Shown: positions 37,361 to 48,704, counted from the stretch's first letter. The stretch is 64,000 bases of DNA from Bdellovibrionota bacterium (GCA_041740355.1 JBGSMD010000046.1:19950-83949), one strand, 5' to 3'. Made by a program: numbers and translations. The notes: generated by a model not told the origin, from the sequence alone.

Positions 37361-39451
37361 CTAAGAATTACAAGTTAACAGGCTATGTTTTCTCACTAAG
37401 AATGCCGTTAGGTATATTACCAGAGCAATTAGGATCAAGACTTTAAAGCCATAAATCATGCTTGAAAATTCGAGAAGGCCACCGCAGACAGCCCCAAAAA
37501 GATTCCAGGCTAAGGCATGATCAGGATCAACTTTTGCTTTGAAACCTTGGGCAAAGCAGATGCCAGTAAAAAATATAGGCACCCCAACCAGTAGCAGGCT
37601 GAGAACAAGCTTAGTTGTCAGTCCTAAGTAGAGTAGTGATTCAAGCGGAACAAGGTATACACAAAGGAGGGTTGCAAAAATGCCCCAAAAAGAAATTTTC
37701 CAATCAAGCTTAATTCGGTCAGCTAGTAATGTTGAAAGGAGAATCATCAGCAAAATAGAGGCGAAGACCACGGCACTAGTGATCCAAGTTGTTCCCCAAA
37801 GCAAGTTCATACTAACTACTGCCTGGCTTTCAAATAGAAGGAAGCCTAGGCCTAATAAGTACATTTCGTAATCTGGTTTAGTGATTTCACGTCTCGATAT
37901 TCCAACATAGCGTGCGCAACCATAAATGCTGACTGCGGCTATCGCTAAAATACTGAGAATTATTTGCCAGTAGAAGCCGCTGATAGAATTTGAATTAAGA
38001 TATAGATAAGGCCAATCGTCAGTTGGTAGTGCTATTGTGTCCAAATTAGCTAAGACTTTCTTGGTATCAATTTTAAACATGTCGGGCGCATCAATTTTAA
38101 GATTGTGAAAAGCTTTTCCCGCAAGATAGGCAACGTTAAACATTAAATAATTCTGTTCAATTTTGTAAACATCCTCAAAACTTTGGGCTAGAATGCCCAT
38201 CAACTTAATTTTTATTTTAGGGTCATGTACTGAGAAGTTCATAACGAGTCCGCCAGAATCTTTCATAACTCTTTTAACAGACTGAATGCTTTGTAAAGTG
38301 TAGATAAAGTTATCAAGTCGCACGTTTGAGAGCGCAGAAAGCTTGGTCATTGAATCAAGCGTTGCGAAAATGACTAGATCGTATTTTTTCTTTGTATTGT
38401 TAATGTAAGATCTAGCATCTGTAGTAATAACTCGAACATTCTCTGCTTGGTATGGTCGATCAGGATGCAAGCGTCTTCCTATCTCTACGATTTCCGGATC
38501 TATTTCTACAGCATCAATATTTACTACTTGGTTTTGTAATGCTACTGCCACATCATTACCGTTTCCTGCTCCAATGATCAGTACATCCTTAAGTTGCTTG
38601 GAAATGTATTTATATGGACGGTGATAGCCAGTGCGTAGAAGCTGTTGTTCTGCTTGTTCCTGATTCTTGATCAGCTTCGGATCGATTAGTCCCATTGTTT
38701 GGAAAACCTGATGTTGCGAGCCATTTGTTAGGATTGCCCAAAAATTTTCACTAAATTGTTTGATCTTCAATGCGTAATAGGGGCTATAGCTGTCAGCGCG
38801 CTCTGCGGTTGAGACTAGAGTAGTTGCAATCGCAAAAGTAAAAATTAATCCATAAATGGAAGGTTTATTAAGGTCTGGTAATAATAAAAAGATTGTAACT
38901 ATGCCAAACAGCAAGAACCAGTAAACTGGGAAGAGGCCGCTGAAACTGATTAATGCAAAAGTAATTACTCCCAGTAGAGACCCGGCGATATCCCAACAGT
39001 AACCTTTGAGCAGTTCTTCGCGTCGTGCAAATTGTTGCAGGGTTGAAGCAAGTTTTTGACCTAGGGGAATGAAGCAGATAGCTGAGAATATGAATAGGGC
39101 TATTAGCGGTAGATAGATGCCATTAATAGTAGGAGAGTCTTTAGGTAGGTCTTGGTAAAGTAGCCATAAAAACTCGTTAGGATTGTTATTCGAGATAATG
39201 CATTTTCCAAGAGTCACAGTTAAACTAACTAGCAATAATATGACTCCCCCTAGAAGCGACTTGACTACTTGAACCTTGCTCAGCAGCGCTCCAAGGCCGA
39301 TTCCAAGAAATGCAGAGATTAGTACAAGGTTTGGGAAGTAGGCTACTACTCGAACCTGAGTAGGAATCCATCTAATGAAGCACATCTCAAGAAATAAAAT
39401 TAGAAAAGATGTAAGGAAGACCGTTGCTGAAAGGGGGTATTTTTTCATCAT
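37361..39451 (-). CDS. Polytopic membrane protein with an embedded spermidine/spermine synthase-like (class I SAM MTase fold) domain
   Basis: There are many TM helices at both ends. The central domain is VLIIGAGNGNDVAVALQNQVVNIDAVEIDPEIVEIGRRL...DLVIFATLDS (aminopropyltransferase-like). Confidence 0.6.
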   Translation of the reverse strand: MMKKYPLSATVFLTSFLILFLEMCFIRWIPTQVRVVAYFPNLVLISAFLGIGLGALLSKVQVVKSLLGGVILLLVSLTVTLGKCIISNNNPNEFLWLLYQDLPKDSPTINGIYLPLIALFIFSAICFIPLGQKLASTLQQFARREELLKGYCWDIAGSLLGVITFALISFSGLFPVYWFLLFGIVTIFLLLPDLNKPSIYGLIFTFAIATTLVSTAERADSYSPYYALKIKQFSENFWAILTNGSQHQVFQTMGLIDPKLIKNQEQAEQQLLRTGYHRPYKYISKQLKDVLIIGAGNGNDVAVALQNQVVNIDAVEIDPEIVEIGRRLHPDRPYQAENVRVITTDARSYINNTKKKYDLVIFATLDSMTKLSALSNVRLDNFIYTLQSIQSVKRVMKDSGGLVMNFSVHDPKIKIKLMGILAQSFEDVYKIEQNYLMFNVAYLAGKAFHNLKIDAPDMFKIDTKKVLANLDTIALPTDDWPYLYLNSNSISGFYWQIILSILAIAAVSIYGCARYVGISRREITKPDYEMYLLGLGFLLFESQAVVSMNLLWGTTWITSAVVFASILLMILLSTLLADRIKLDWKISFWGIFATLLCVYLVPLESLLYLGLTTKLVLSLLLVGVPIFFTGICFAQGFKAKVDPDHALAWNLFGAVCGGLLEFSSMIYGFKVLILIALVIYLTAFLVRKHSLLTCNS

Positions 39452-40185
39452 ATGTATATAGAAAAAACGCTAAGACGTTTTTGCCTGTAGCGGATGTTTA
39501 TGCTGTATTACTTCTGAAGATACTAAATCTATTCGTTGATCAGTCTAGATTAGAATACAGACTTTGGGGAGTTAAAAATATACTTTGAATTTAACATTTA
39601 TCTTTGGCCGTGCTTCGCCTAGTGCTTTATGATTTCGCTTGGTAGTCGCTATTTTTAAGAAACGATAGATACTAGTAATCAGGCAGTTCTAGCTTTGAGA
39701 GGCGATCCTACTGCAAAAATATAACTATTATTATCTATTCTTAAATGAGAAATTTACAATATCATAGGGCTCAATAAAAAGTTTGTAACTATTAAGCTTT
39801 AATGAATGTTTTTATGAAGTATCTAGAAAAAATGTCACTAAGTATGTCAATAATACTATTCGTTTTAATTTTGTCATCAGTAAGTTAAATATATAATTCA
39901 ATTCAGCTTGTGCATAGTGAAGGTACTGAGTCACTATAATCGTAAGACAGGCGAGTATCATTGTCATATGAGAAAGAAAGATGGTGGCGATTGTCCGGCT
40001 TCGGTTGTATGAAAATCAAAAATTAGCAACCAATTGAAATTAAAGATAAGAGTAAAACTAATTAGTTAGGGATAAACTAGTAATTCAAAAGTTACCTAGC
40101 AGGGAGAAATGCTCAGAAATTTTTTACTTGAAGTTTTCAATATTATCTGTGAAGTTATGCTACTAAACTTCTAGGAATTAAGACT

Positions 40186-41304
40186 ATGTTAAAAGTTGTT
40201 CTCTTTGTGCTTCTAATTTTGCAGACAACAACAGTCTTAGCAGAGGTTGAAGTTGTTTCCGCATTTCCAAACTTAACATTTTCACAGATTGTAGATTTGC
40301 AAACAGCGAAGGACGGTAGCAACCGATTATTCGTCGTGCAAAAGACTGGGGAAATTTATTCCTTTTCTAACGACCCATTAACTAATTCCAAATCACTCTA
40401 TTTGAGTATTAGTGATCGCGTAGCAACTAGTAGCGAACAAGGACTGCTGGGGTTAGCATTTCATCCCAAGTTTTTAAAGAATGGGTATTTCTATGTAAAT
40501 TATACTAGAAAGTCTGATGGTGGAACCGTAATCGCGCGATTTCAAGAGATAGGTGGAATGGTTAATTTTGATAGTGAATTAATCATCCTGCGATTTGCAC
40601 AGCCATTTAGTAATCATAATGGAGGTTCTCTAGCTTTCGGGCCCGATGGATATTTATACATTGCCTCTGGTGATGGAGGAAGTGGAGGCGACCCATTAAG
40701 AAAGGCTCAAGATAAAAAATCCTTATTGGGAAAAATTTTAAGAATAGATATTGATCGAACTAAGGCACGACGTAATTATTTTATTCCTCCAACTAATCCA
40801 TTTGTTGGAAACACCAAAGGATTTCGAAAAGAGATTTTTGCTTATGGACTTAGAAATCCTTGGAAAATGAGTTTTGATTTTGAGACCCGTAAATTGTGGG
40901 TAGGCGATGTTGGGCAAGCTAACATCGAAGAAATTAATATCATCCGTAATGGAGGAAATTATGGTTGGAGTTTATTTGAGGGGGAACAAGAATTTAATTG
41001 TATTGAACCAATATGCAGCCGTCGGGGCACAATTAAGCCTGTCTATTTTTATGATCATTCGGTAGGTAGTTCTATCACTGGTGGATATGTTTATCGAGGT
41101 AGTCTTGTGCCTGAACTATATGGTAAATATATATATGCTGATTTTGCAAACGGCAATATTTTCGCTTTGGGTAAGGAGGGAAAAAATATAGCTACCAGTC
41201 AAATAGCCGATACCGAGCTAGCAATTTCTAGTTTTGGGGTTGATCAGAATCAAGAGCTTTACATCTTAGATTATCGAACTAGTAAGATTTATCGATTTAA
41301 TTAA
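40186..41304 (+). CDS. PQQ-dependent soluble aldose sugar dehydrogenase (GSDH/YliI family), secreted
   Basis: Signal peptide. Motifs LAFHPKF, HNGGSLAFGPDGYLYIASGDGGSGGDP, GKILRIDID, GLRNPWKMSFD, VGQANIEEIN...GGNYGW. Confidence 0.8.
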   Translation: MLKVVLFVLLILQTTTVLAEVEVVSAFPNLTFSQIVDLQTAKDGSNRLFVVQKTGEIYSFSNDPLTNSKSLYLSISDRVATSSEQGLLGLAFHPKFLKNGYFYVNYTRKSDGGTVIARFQEIGGMVNFDSELIILRFAQPFSNHNGGSLAFGPDGYLYIASGDGGSGGDPLRKAQDKKSLLGKILRIDIDRTKARRNYFIPPTNPFVGNTKGFRKEIFAYGLRNPWKMSFDFETRKLWVGDVGQANIEEINIIRNGGNYGWSLFEGEQEFNCIEPICSRRGTIKPVYFYDHSVGSSITGGYVYRGSLVPELYGKYIYADFANGNIFALGKEGKNIATSQIADTELAISSFGVDQNQELYILDYRTSKIYRFN

Positions 41305-41645
41305 GAAGGACTTTTACTGAAAGTAAGCGGGTTTAAATTATAAAAGTTATCTAGAAGGACATCGAAACTAATCATAATTAATTTAAACTTTAGAAAATCT
41401 TTTTTTGTTGCTGTCATTTTTGAAAGTTGCATCACACCCCTTTGTAAATTGACAGCTCTATAGCTTCAGGAATGCACCGCAGAGAACCTAGGTGCGCAAC
41501 ATAATTTGGCTTAAAAATTAGTTTTTATTGGGTTTGTTGGTAAACTGTAAAAAACTATTTGCACCTTTCTCTACCAAGCGATAGAATTTATCATTTTAAA
41601 TAGTTTTAATAGAAGCTTTAATTCACCTAACTTTTAATCAAAAAT

Positions 41646-42575
41646 ATGCATTTCTCTTTCAAAAAACAATTACTAAATTTCTTCATTTTATTTATCTCTG
41701 CCTTTCCTGTCCAGGCTCAAGTTTTCACCCCGATAGTCGCAAATTATGAATGTGGTCAATTTCCAAATGGAGCTCAGTTTTTAGTTAGAAAAACTACTAA
41801 TGGTTTTGAGTTAGTACGAACATCTGAGGTTAAAAATATTTATAAGAAAGAACGTCGGATTATTACTCAAAGAGTTAAAACAATAAATGATGTACTTAAG
41901 GGTTTTGAGCAATCACGAATTACAAAAAAACAGCTGATTAAAGCTGCCAATAAATTAGCAAAATTTTTAGGATTGGAAGCCCTCGAACAAGATATTCCAC
42001 TAAGCGTAGCAGAGGTGGAAATTTTAAATTTTAAACAGAAATTACTAGATCGTGGTGCAATTCTTAAAACTATTGGTGAATTAATCGACGATTGCGAAAG
42101 TGGAATTAACCCAAAGCAGGGTAGGGGTACTCCAATTAGTGTTGGAATTGTACCAATATCATTAGCATCTAGTAATACTATTTACGGTGGTTTTTTAATT
42201 CATTCATCAAAATTAAAAAATGAATTTTCAACTAAACCTACAGGTTACAATGTTTGTCTTAAATTAGTATATCCAGATGGAAGTGTTGGAAGACTTTATA
42301 CTGGCTTTGGGGATGATGAAGTTTGTGGAACTGGAACAAATAAATTTGAAGGAGTCCCTCAAAGTACCTGTGATGCCTTAATGCCCTTAAAACAGGTTGG
42401 TTATGTTATTCAGAAGCGGACCTATGCTTTTACCTCCTTGCCTGATGCTACAACAGAACAACTCTTAGAAAATATGAGACTGGAAGTCTTGCAAGATCGA
42501 CCGATGGTTGGGGTGATGGCATTCACATCCAATACCTCAAGAGATAGTCAAGTGAAAGCTTGCGAGGCATTCTAA
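41646..42575 (+). CDS. Secreted hypothetical protein
   Basis: Signal peptide (FFILFISAFPVQAQ). A 309-aa protein with no recognisable domain. Confidence 0.5.
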   Translation: MHFSFKKQLLNFFILFISAFPVQAQVFTPIVANYECGQFPNGAQFLVRKTTNGFELVRTSEVKNIYKKERRIITQRVKTINDVLKGFEQSRITKKQLIKAANKLAKFLGLEALEQDIPLSVAEVEILNFKQKLLDRGAILKTIGELIDDCESGINPKQGRGTPISVGIVPISLASSNTIYGGFLIHSSKLKNEFSTKPTGYNVCLKLVYPDGSVGRLYTGFGDDEVCGTGTNKFEGVPQSTCDALMPLKQVGYVIQKRTYAFTSLPDATTEQLLENMRLEVLQDRPMVGVMAFTSNTSRDSQVKACEAF

Positions 42576-42707
42576 GCTCAACCTGAGCATGAGTTTTTTC
42601 ATCTTGTTTAGACTGTAAGAAAAAGAAAAGATCAGCTAACATGGAAAGGTCACCTAAGTAAGTAGAATTTAAATAAAGGTTACTTTTTTATAATTGAAGT
42701 TTCTCCA

Positions 42708-44159
42708 GTGCTAAGTAAGTCCTCCACCATCTTCTTTTTGATTTTTAGTCTGATTGTCTTATTGGCAGGACAGGAAGCATTCTTTGGTGATCCCTATTTA
42801 TATTGTGGATTAGTCGATCAGTGGCTCTTTCGAGGACAGGCAGGCTTGGCATTAGATTCAAATTTACTTGCGCATGCTAATAAATACGGAGTTCTAAATT
42901 CCGCATATTGCATACCTGGACTTGCAGCAAAGTATTTTGTTAGTAATTTAGAATTTTCAAAATTTGTTGTAGCGATTTGGCCAGCCTTAATTTCAATTCT
43001 TTGCGCCTTTGGATTCACAAAAGCATTATCTTTAGTACGCCAAGAGTCGAGTAATAATTGGATTTTTTCGGGATTACTCTTACTAACGACTCCGTTAATT
43101 GTATACTCTCGCAATTATTATTCCGAAATTATTCAAGCAACACTATTAATTTGGGCGTATTACTTTTGGCTGCAATTCAAAATGACCGAAGTGCCTAAGC
43201 AGCGGTATTCTTTAATCAAGTTGACCTTGGCATGCTCATTATTAGTACTCTGCAAGTTATACTATCTATACTTAGTGGCCCTGCTTTTCCTAGCAATAAT
43301 CAAGGACTATCGACAAAATTATTATAGAACCATTGGCACAGTTAGTATTGCTTCACTTTGCTTTTTACCAACTGTTGCTATTTTATTGTTGAGTAATTAT
43401 TGGAAATTTGGTTCAGTAATTGGCATCGGATATAATTTGGAACGAGATCTTTCTTTGGGGTTTAATACTCCATTACTGACTGGGTTATATGGATTACTAT
43501 TTTCTAGTGGAAAAGGAATAATTTGGTATGTGCCGGTATTAATTTTACTGCCATTTTTATTAGTTAGAGACTGGCTGGCAAGACGTGAGCAGGCTTGCGA
43601 AATTTTATTCATCACTACTCCACTCTTGATAATTATAGCTAGCTGGTGGGCTTGGCATGGGGATTGGGGCTGGGCACCACGTTTAATTGTCCCATTAATT
43701 CCTTTATGGATGTTATTACTGGGATCTATAAATTATACTTCAATTGCCCAGCGTTGGTTATTCGTGGTCTTTTGTCTATTTGGTGCGTTTATTAATTTTT
43801 CTGCAGTACTTATTAGTCCCATGTACTATTTTAAAATAATGACCCAAAAGTTTGAAAGCTTATTAGTTGGGAAGGATGTTCTACAAGATGGTGGGATTCT
43901 TTTACATTATGCCCCAGACTTTAGCCCAATTAAATTTCAATTATGGGCGATTCAGTGCAAGTTAGCTGGCTCGTCATGTAATCCTAATTTACCATGGGAA
44001 TATTTAAAAATTAAAGATTTAACTCTGGAACAAGTAGCTGCTCCGCAGTGGGATCCAATTCTGTTATTTTATAATCCATCTCTTGCTTGGATAATATCAT
44101 TATTATTTCTATTGTTAGTAACATTTTTGTTACAACAATTCATGAGACATTTTAGATAA
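42708..44159 (+). CDS. Polytopic membrane protein, possibly a GT-C-fold (ArnT/PMT-like) glycosyltransferase
   Basis: About 12 predicted TM helices. A WWAWHGDWGWAPRL loop motif is reminiscent of PMT_2/ArnT-like families. The assignment is tentative. Confidence 0.5.
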   Translation: MLSKSSTIFFLIFSLIVLLAGQEAFFGDPYLYCGLVDQWLFRGQAGLALDSNLLAHANKYGVLNSAYCIPGLAAKYFVSNLEFSKFVVAIWPALISILCAFGFTKALSLVRQESSNNWIFSGLLLLTTPLIVYSRNYYSEIIQATLLIWAYYFWLQFKMTEVPKQRYSLIKLTLACSLLVLCKLYYLYLVALLFLAIIKDYRQNYYRTIGTVSIASLCFLPTVAILLLSNYWKFGSVIGIGYNLERDLSLGFNTPLLTGLYGLLFSSGKGIIWYVPVLILLPFLLVRDWLARREQACEILFITTPLLIIIASWWAWHGDWGWAPRLIVPLIPLWMLLLGSINYTSIAQRWLFVVFCLFGAFINFSAVLISPMYYFKIMTQKFESLLVGKDVLQDGGILLHYAPDFSPIKFQLWAIQCKLAGSSCNPNLPWEYLKIKDLTLEQVAAPQWDPILLFYNPSLAWIISLLFLLLVTFLLQQFMRHFR

Positions 44160-44165
44160 AGATAG

Positions 44166-46220
44166 ATGTTCCCAATCAATCTCTCAGTAAAAAATAAGCC
44201 AATCCGACTGGGATTAATTTCCTTGATCCTCACATTTCTAATTAGTAACGTTTTTTTTTCGGAATATTGGAGTAGTCCAGCAAAATTTTTTTTTAATGCT
44301 CAAGGAGATGGATTAAAAAATTATTTTACTGTGATTTATCATAGTAAATATGGCCAAGGTTGGAGTAGTCAAGGGTTGCATTATCCATATAGTGAAAGTA
44401 TTTTTTTTATAGATGGGCTTCCCCTAATATCCTTTCCATTAAGTGTGCTGAATGATTTTTTTGATCCAACTACTAGTGCCATTTTTATAATCAATTTTCT
44501 ACTATTAATTTCTACGCCCCTAGCTGCTTTTTTTCTATCACGAATTTTATCTTTGCTACATGTGGGCTCTTGGATTAATCCTCTAGGCGCAAGTTTAATT
44601 GCGTTAATGAGCCCACAAATTTACAAACTTACGGGACATTATGGGCTAGGCATCAGTGTTTTAATTCCAGCTGCAATCTATCTTTTACTCCGAACCAGTA
44701 AAGTTAATGATAGTTTATTATTGATACTTTTGCTGAGCATTGCAGGTTTGGTTCATCCTTATTTGCTTGGAATTATCTTATTATTAGCAACTAGCTATCT
44801 AATTTTTGCTAGCATTTACCAACTATTAAATTGGAAAGTTGCTACTGGAATTTTCATATTACTAGTAATTTTCAGCATTGTTTATGCTTTTTTATTAAAG
44901 TTAATTGATCCGTTTGTCAGTAGGGAGCAGTACCAAGTTGCTACTCAATTTTTTTTAGCAAACTGGAAGACTCTCTTAGTTCCGTATGATTTGAGAAAAT
45001 GGGGCGGCATAGCAGAAGGAGAAATTTATTTAGGTATAGTTCCAGTTTGTTTAGCCCTGCTAAGAATATCTCGTTCTAGTAATCAAGAAAAAGTTTTGAT
45101 CTGGACTGGGTCAGTCATGATTATACTTAGTTTGGGATTGATTCCAATCTTGAATTCCATATTATCTGATTTACGTGCCTTGGCTCGGCTGTCTTGGGGG
45201 GCATATTATATTTTAGGACTACTCGCCGTAGTTCAGCTTATTCACTGGGCAAAGCAAGATCGAGTATGCCAAGGATTAATGTTATTTTGTATCTTATTGT
45301 GGGGGTTTGACGTCACTCGGTACTTGCAACACGTACAGCAAGTAATTTATGTGGGAAGAGCTAAGGTTGCTGACTTTAATCTGCAATTACCAAATGACTG
45401 GCATCAGAAATATCAAGGAATTATACCAATTCCCTACTATTCGATTGGGGCTAATTCAGTCTTTATTGCCCCACCATCCTTAAAATCTTTTTGGGATTCA
45501 ATGCGTGTTTCAATAGCAATCGGACCAGGTTTAATGTCCCCTTTTTCTGCTAAAGGTGCCGATAAGGAATTTGCTGAGTTGGCAGGGATTGTTGCACATC
45601 CATTAAGTCAACGAAAAATTCTAGATAAATTAGATTCTCGTCCACTGTTGATTGTCCAAAGTTCAGCTGCTGTTAATGAATCAGAAAATATTTTAATCAA
45701 TTCTGCCAAAAAAATTGAGTTTGCGGATCCTACCTTGCAATTATTTGAGATTACTCCAGCAGAACTTAGGCAACAGAGCGCCTCATTTACATTTAATGAT
45801 TGTCAGTATGATGATGTAGTTTACCAAAACTTTGATCAAAGTAATGCTATAGGTTTTATTGGAGTAGGTGGACTCTTTATGCCAGCAAGAAATGTAGTTT
45901 TATTTCAGGGTTTAATCCGGAAAGATTTTCCATTAGAGATTTCGCTCTGGGTTAAAAATTCATATCGTAATGATCTCAAGCTAGTTGTCGAAGCTGGAGG
46001 ACTCCTTAAAGAGCAGCTAATCCCAAATAGTGTTGAGCGAGTAGGAGATTGGGTGCGATTAACAGTTAATTTGCCGGCTCCAAAGCAGGAGCAAAATTTA
46101 CGAGTATGGTTAACAGGTGAACCTACTGTCATTGATGAATTTCTAATCAGACGTATTGGCACAACAATTTGTCGAGAGGATCACCTCAGCTTAAATAATT
46201 ATCCCCTAAACCTTAAATAG
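44166..46220 (+). CDS. Large polytopic membrane protein with a C-terminal soluble domain (GT-C/YfhO-like?)
   Basis: There is an N-terminal block of about 400 aa of TM helices and a C-terminal block of about 250 aa that is soluble. It lies 7 nt after the previous membrane protein (operon). Confidence 0.5.
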   Translation: MFPINLSVKNKPIRLGLISLILTFLISNVFFSEYWSSPAKFFFNAQGDGLKNYFTVIYHSKYGQGWSSQGLHYPYSESIFFIDGLPLISFPLSVLNDFFDPTTSAIFIINFLLLISTPLAAFFLSRILSLLHVGSWINPLGASLIALMSPQIYKLTGHYGLGISVLIPAAIYLLLRTSKVNDSLLLILLLSIAGLVHPYLLGIILLLATSYLIFASIYQLLNWKVATGIFILLVIFSIVYAFLLKLIDPFVSREQYQVATQFFLANWKTLLVPYDLRKWGGIAEGEIYLGIVPVCLALLRISRSSNQEKVLIWTGSVMIILSLGLIPILNSILSDLRALARLSWGAYYILGLLAVVQLIHWAKQDRVCQGLMLFCILLWGFDVTRYLQHVQQVIYVGRAKVADFNLQLPNDWHQKYQGIIPIPYYSIGANSVFIAPPSLKSFWDSMRVSIAIGPGLMSPFSAKGADKEFAELAGIVAHPLSQRKILDKLDSRPLLIVQSSAAVNESENILINSAKKIEFADPTLQLFEITPAELRQQSASFTFNDCQYDDVVYQNFDQSNAIGFIGVGGLFMPARNVVLFQGLIRKDFPLEISLWVKNSYRNDLKLVVEAGGLLKEQLIPNSVERVGDWVRLTVNLPAPKQEQNLRVWLTGEPTVIDEFLIRRIGTTICREDHLSLNNYPLNLK

Positions 46221-46436
46221 TACAGTGGCTTATCAATAACTTTAACCTTACTTTCTAAGGTTAAATACCGCTGCGAATCCCTTGGGGCGCACTAAGCACT
46301 TCTTGCTTGATGTCCTTGGCAAATAAACGAAACGCTATTTTCAGTCTCATTATGTATATTTAAGTCTATATACTTAAATTTTCTTTAAAAAGGGCATTTA
46401 TTTTGCTTAAGGATTGGATTTTAATATAATTCTAGA

Positions 46437-47510
46437 ATGTTATCTCCAATCGTGTCTGAGCAAAATAGTGTCTTAGGTTGTCAACTATCTCCTAGTTCCG
46501 TGTCATTTGTAATAGAAGGGCAGCAGTTTCAATTTTGTTCTGTGGAATCAGACCTTATTATCAAGGCACGTTCGATCATCAATAAACCAAATACTCTAGA
46601 GGTTGATTCCTATTTTCATTCACTACTAAAATTTGAACGATTAATTGATCTTGTAGCTTCTAAGCAAACTCTTACTAAAGGGCAATTATATGTGAATGGG
46701 CTCCAATTAAATCATGAAAACGCTGAGTATTTTGATCATGTTATTTGTCAGGTGACTGATTCCTTAGTTCCAAAAATTCTTCCTAGTAGTTATGAAAAGA
46801 TTTTTACATTTAAAGAAGATCTACAGGGAGTTTTTAAAGTTACGATAGCATCTGAGTTGTTGCTGAGTTATGTTTTTTTAAGATTTCAGGAACACTATGA
46901 GTCACCTGAATTTAAAAATCAGGTTTTTAGTAGGAAGGAATTTGTAGATTGGTATACGGCGGATCAAGGTGCCGGGCTTAGTTTTACCTACTATCGTGAT
47001 TGGGCTGGTTTTAATTTGCCATCAGAATCGCTGCGATCATTTTTAAATTGTAACTTTAACGATATTTTGCCGGGAGAAGAATTTTTGATTAAGGGTTTCG
47101 AAAGTGTCTTTGCTGAGCAGCGCGATCGATTTTACGTAATTGGCTTGGCGGAAACAAGTTTAGACTGGACGTATGAGCATGAACAAGCACATGCTTTGTA
47201 TTCCCTAAATGCTAATTACCGAACAGAGGTAAATATAATTTTAGATTCGCTACCTGAGAATTTAAAAGAAATCTATCAAACTCGATTATTAGAGATTGGT
47301 TATGATGATGCTGTGATTAAAGATGAAAGCCAAGCTTACTTAATCCATCTCAATCAAAACCACTATGTGTTTAATTTGCAAAAAGACTCCACTGAGTATC
47401 AATTACTTACTCCATTTCACAAAGCCTTAGCTGGGGTTTTTACTAAATACAAACAACAACTTAGTACTAGTATGGAATTAAACTCGGCCGATCTTCCTGC
47501 ATTAAATTAG
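46437..47510 (+). CDS. Hypothetical protein with an HEXXH motif (possible zincin-like)
   Basis: Contains TYEHEQAHALYS. No other recognisable domain. Confidence 0.45.
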   Translation: MLSPIVSEQNSVLGCQLSPSSVSFVIEGQQFQFCSVESDLIIKARSIINKPNTLEVDSYFHSLLKFERLIDLVASKQTLTKGQLYVNGLQLNHENAEYFDHVICQVTDSLVPKILPSSYEKIFTFKEDLQGVFKVTIASELLLSYVFLRFQEHYESPEFKNQVFSRKEFVDWYTADQGAGLSFTYYRDWAGFNLPSESLRSFLNCNFNDILPGEEFLIKGFESVFAEQRDRFYVIGLAETSLDWTYEHEQAHALYSLNANYRTEVNIILDSLPENLKEIYQTRLLEIGYDDAVIKDESQAYLIHLNQNHYVFNLQKDSTEYQLLTPFHKALAGVFTKYKQQLSTSMELNSADLPALN

Positions 47511-48342
47511 TACATTTAATCAAACTGTTTTTAACTTCGGCTTTTGTCCAAAAATAGATATCATTATGCCCCGAACTTTCTGAGCTTATAAAGAAGGATT
47601 GTTGGGGATTTGGATGGGCACTAGCAACATTTAGCCCTTGGTTGTGCGGGATGACATTATCTTTTTCGCCATGTACTACAATTAAACAAGTTTGGTCCAT
47701 TTTTTGAATAAGCGTTTTGACTGGAAAATCATAAATCAAAAATGGATGCAGAAATCCTAGAACAGGATTACTCTTAAGTGCAGCTTTTAAAGATTCAAAT
47801 GGAGCATAAAGTAGTAGTGTTCCAACGGTATATTTATCGGCGATATAAGTTGCGGGGCCGGAGCCAAGGGAATTCCCAACAATAATTAATTGTCGGGCTG
47901 TTATCTGCTCTTTCTTTAAGATGTAATCAATAATTGCTTCGCCATCTAAGTAGAGTCCCGTATCCGTTGGCCAGCCAGTGCTTTTCCCATAACCACGATA
48001 ATCAAATCCGTAGCTTGTAATTCCTAATTCTTGAAAATATTCCTGATAAGGGTAAAAGTTTGCTACATCTCCGCCATTACCATGAAAGATTACCGCAACT
48101 TGTTTGGAATTTGGAATTGGCAATCTCCAAGTCTCAAGATTTTTTTGATCAGAGGTTTTTATAAAGTAACTTTCAACGCCGTTTGGTAAAGTTTTTGGAT
48201 CTCTACTTTTAGAATTAAAAATTGAGATTACTGCCCCAGGGAATACTTGAGGATTTTGTAGGGCGATGACAATCACTAGAATCACAAGGATGGATATTAA
48301 CATTCGAAGAAAAATAGGTAGTGCCAAGAAGATTTTATTCAT
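47467..48342 (-). CDS. Alpha/beta-hydrolase fold protein
   Basis: An N-terminal TM/signal segment. VIFHGNGGD, the nucleophile elbow GNSLGSG, and a C-terminal catalytic His region. Confidence 0.8.
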   Translation of the reverse strand: MNKIFLALPIFLRMLISILVILVIVIALQNPQVFPGAVISIFNSKSRDPKTLPNGVESYFIKTSDQKNLETWRLPIPNSKQVAVIFHGNGGDVANFYPYQEYFQELGITSYGFDYRGYGKSTGWPTDTGLYLDGEAIIDYILKKEQITARQLIIVGNSLGSGPATYIADKYTVGTLLLYAPFESLKAALKSNPVLGFLHPFLIYDFPVKTLIQKMDQTCLIVVHGEKDNVIPHNQGLNVASAHPNPQQSFFISSESSGHNDIYFWTKAEVKNSLIKCTNLMQEDRPSLIPY

Positions 48343-48704
48343 ATTTAACGTAGAATACTAAATGATCTTGAAAGTAGGAACGAGCATTAATCTGAAGATT
48401 TGCGGCATGCCTTTCAAACTAAATATAGCAATCAAGTTACAACGTAACAATTTATAATACTAAATATTTCTTTATAACTAACTAAAAATTCATTATAAAT
48501 ATTGTCTTCATCACCGTTTATTACAATGTAACAAGCAAATGTGAGATTAAGCTTAGGAACTATTCAATAATAATTATATAGCGCAACCAAAAGTATTTTT
48601 CATTTTGGCTTTGTTATCAAACTTGGGGAATCTAGATGAGCGAAGACGGAAGTCTTGCATAACTTCAGAAGATCCAAGAACTATTTATATTATTAGAGGA
48701 ATGT

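Noticed and set aside
39802-39888. 28-aa hydrophobic ORF (MNVFMKYLEKMSLSMSIILFVLILSSVS) in the 730-bp spacer
   Set aside because: It has no SD and there is no way to test conservation from this window. I noted it as a weak type-I-toxin-like candidate but did not call it.
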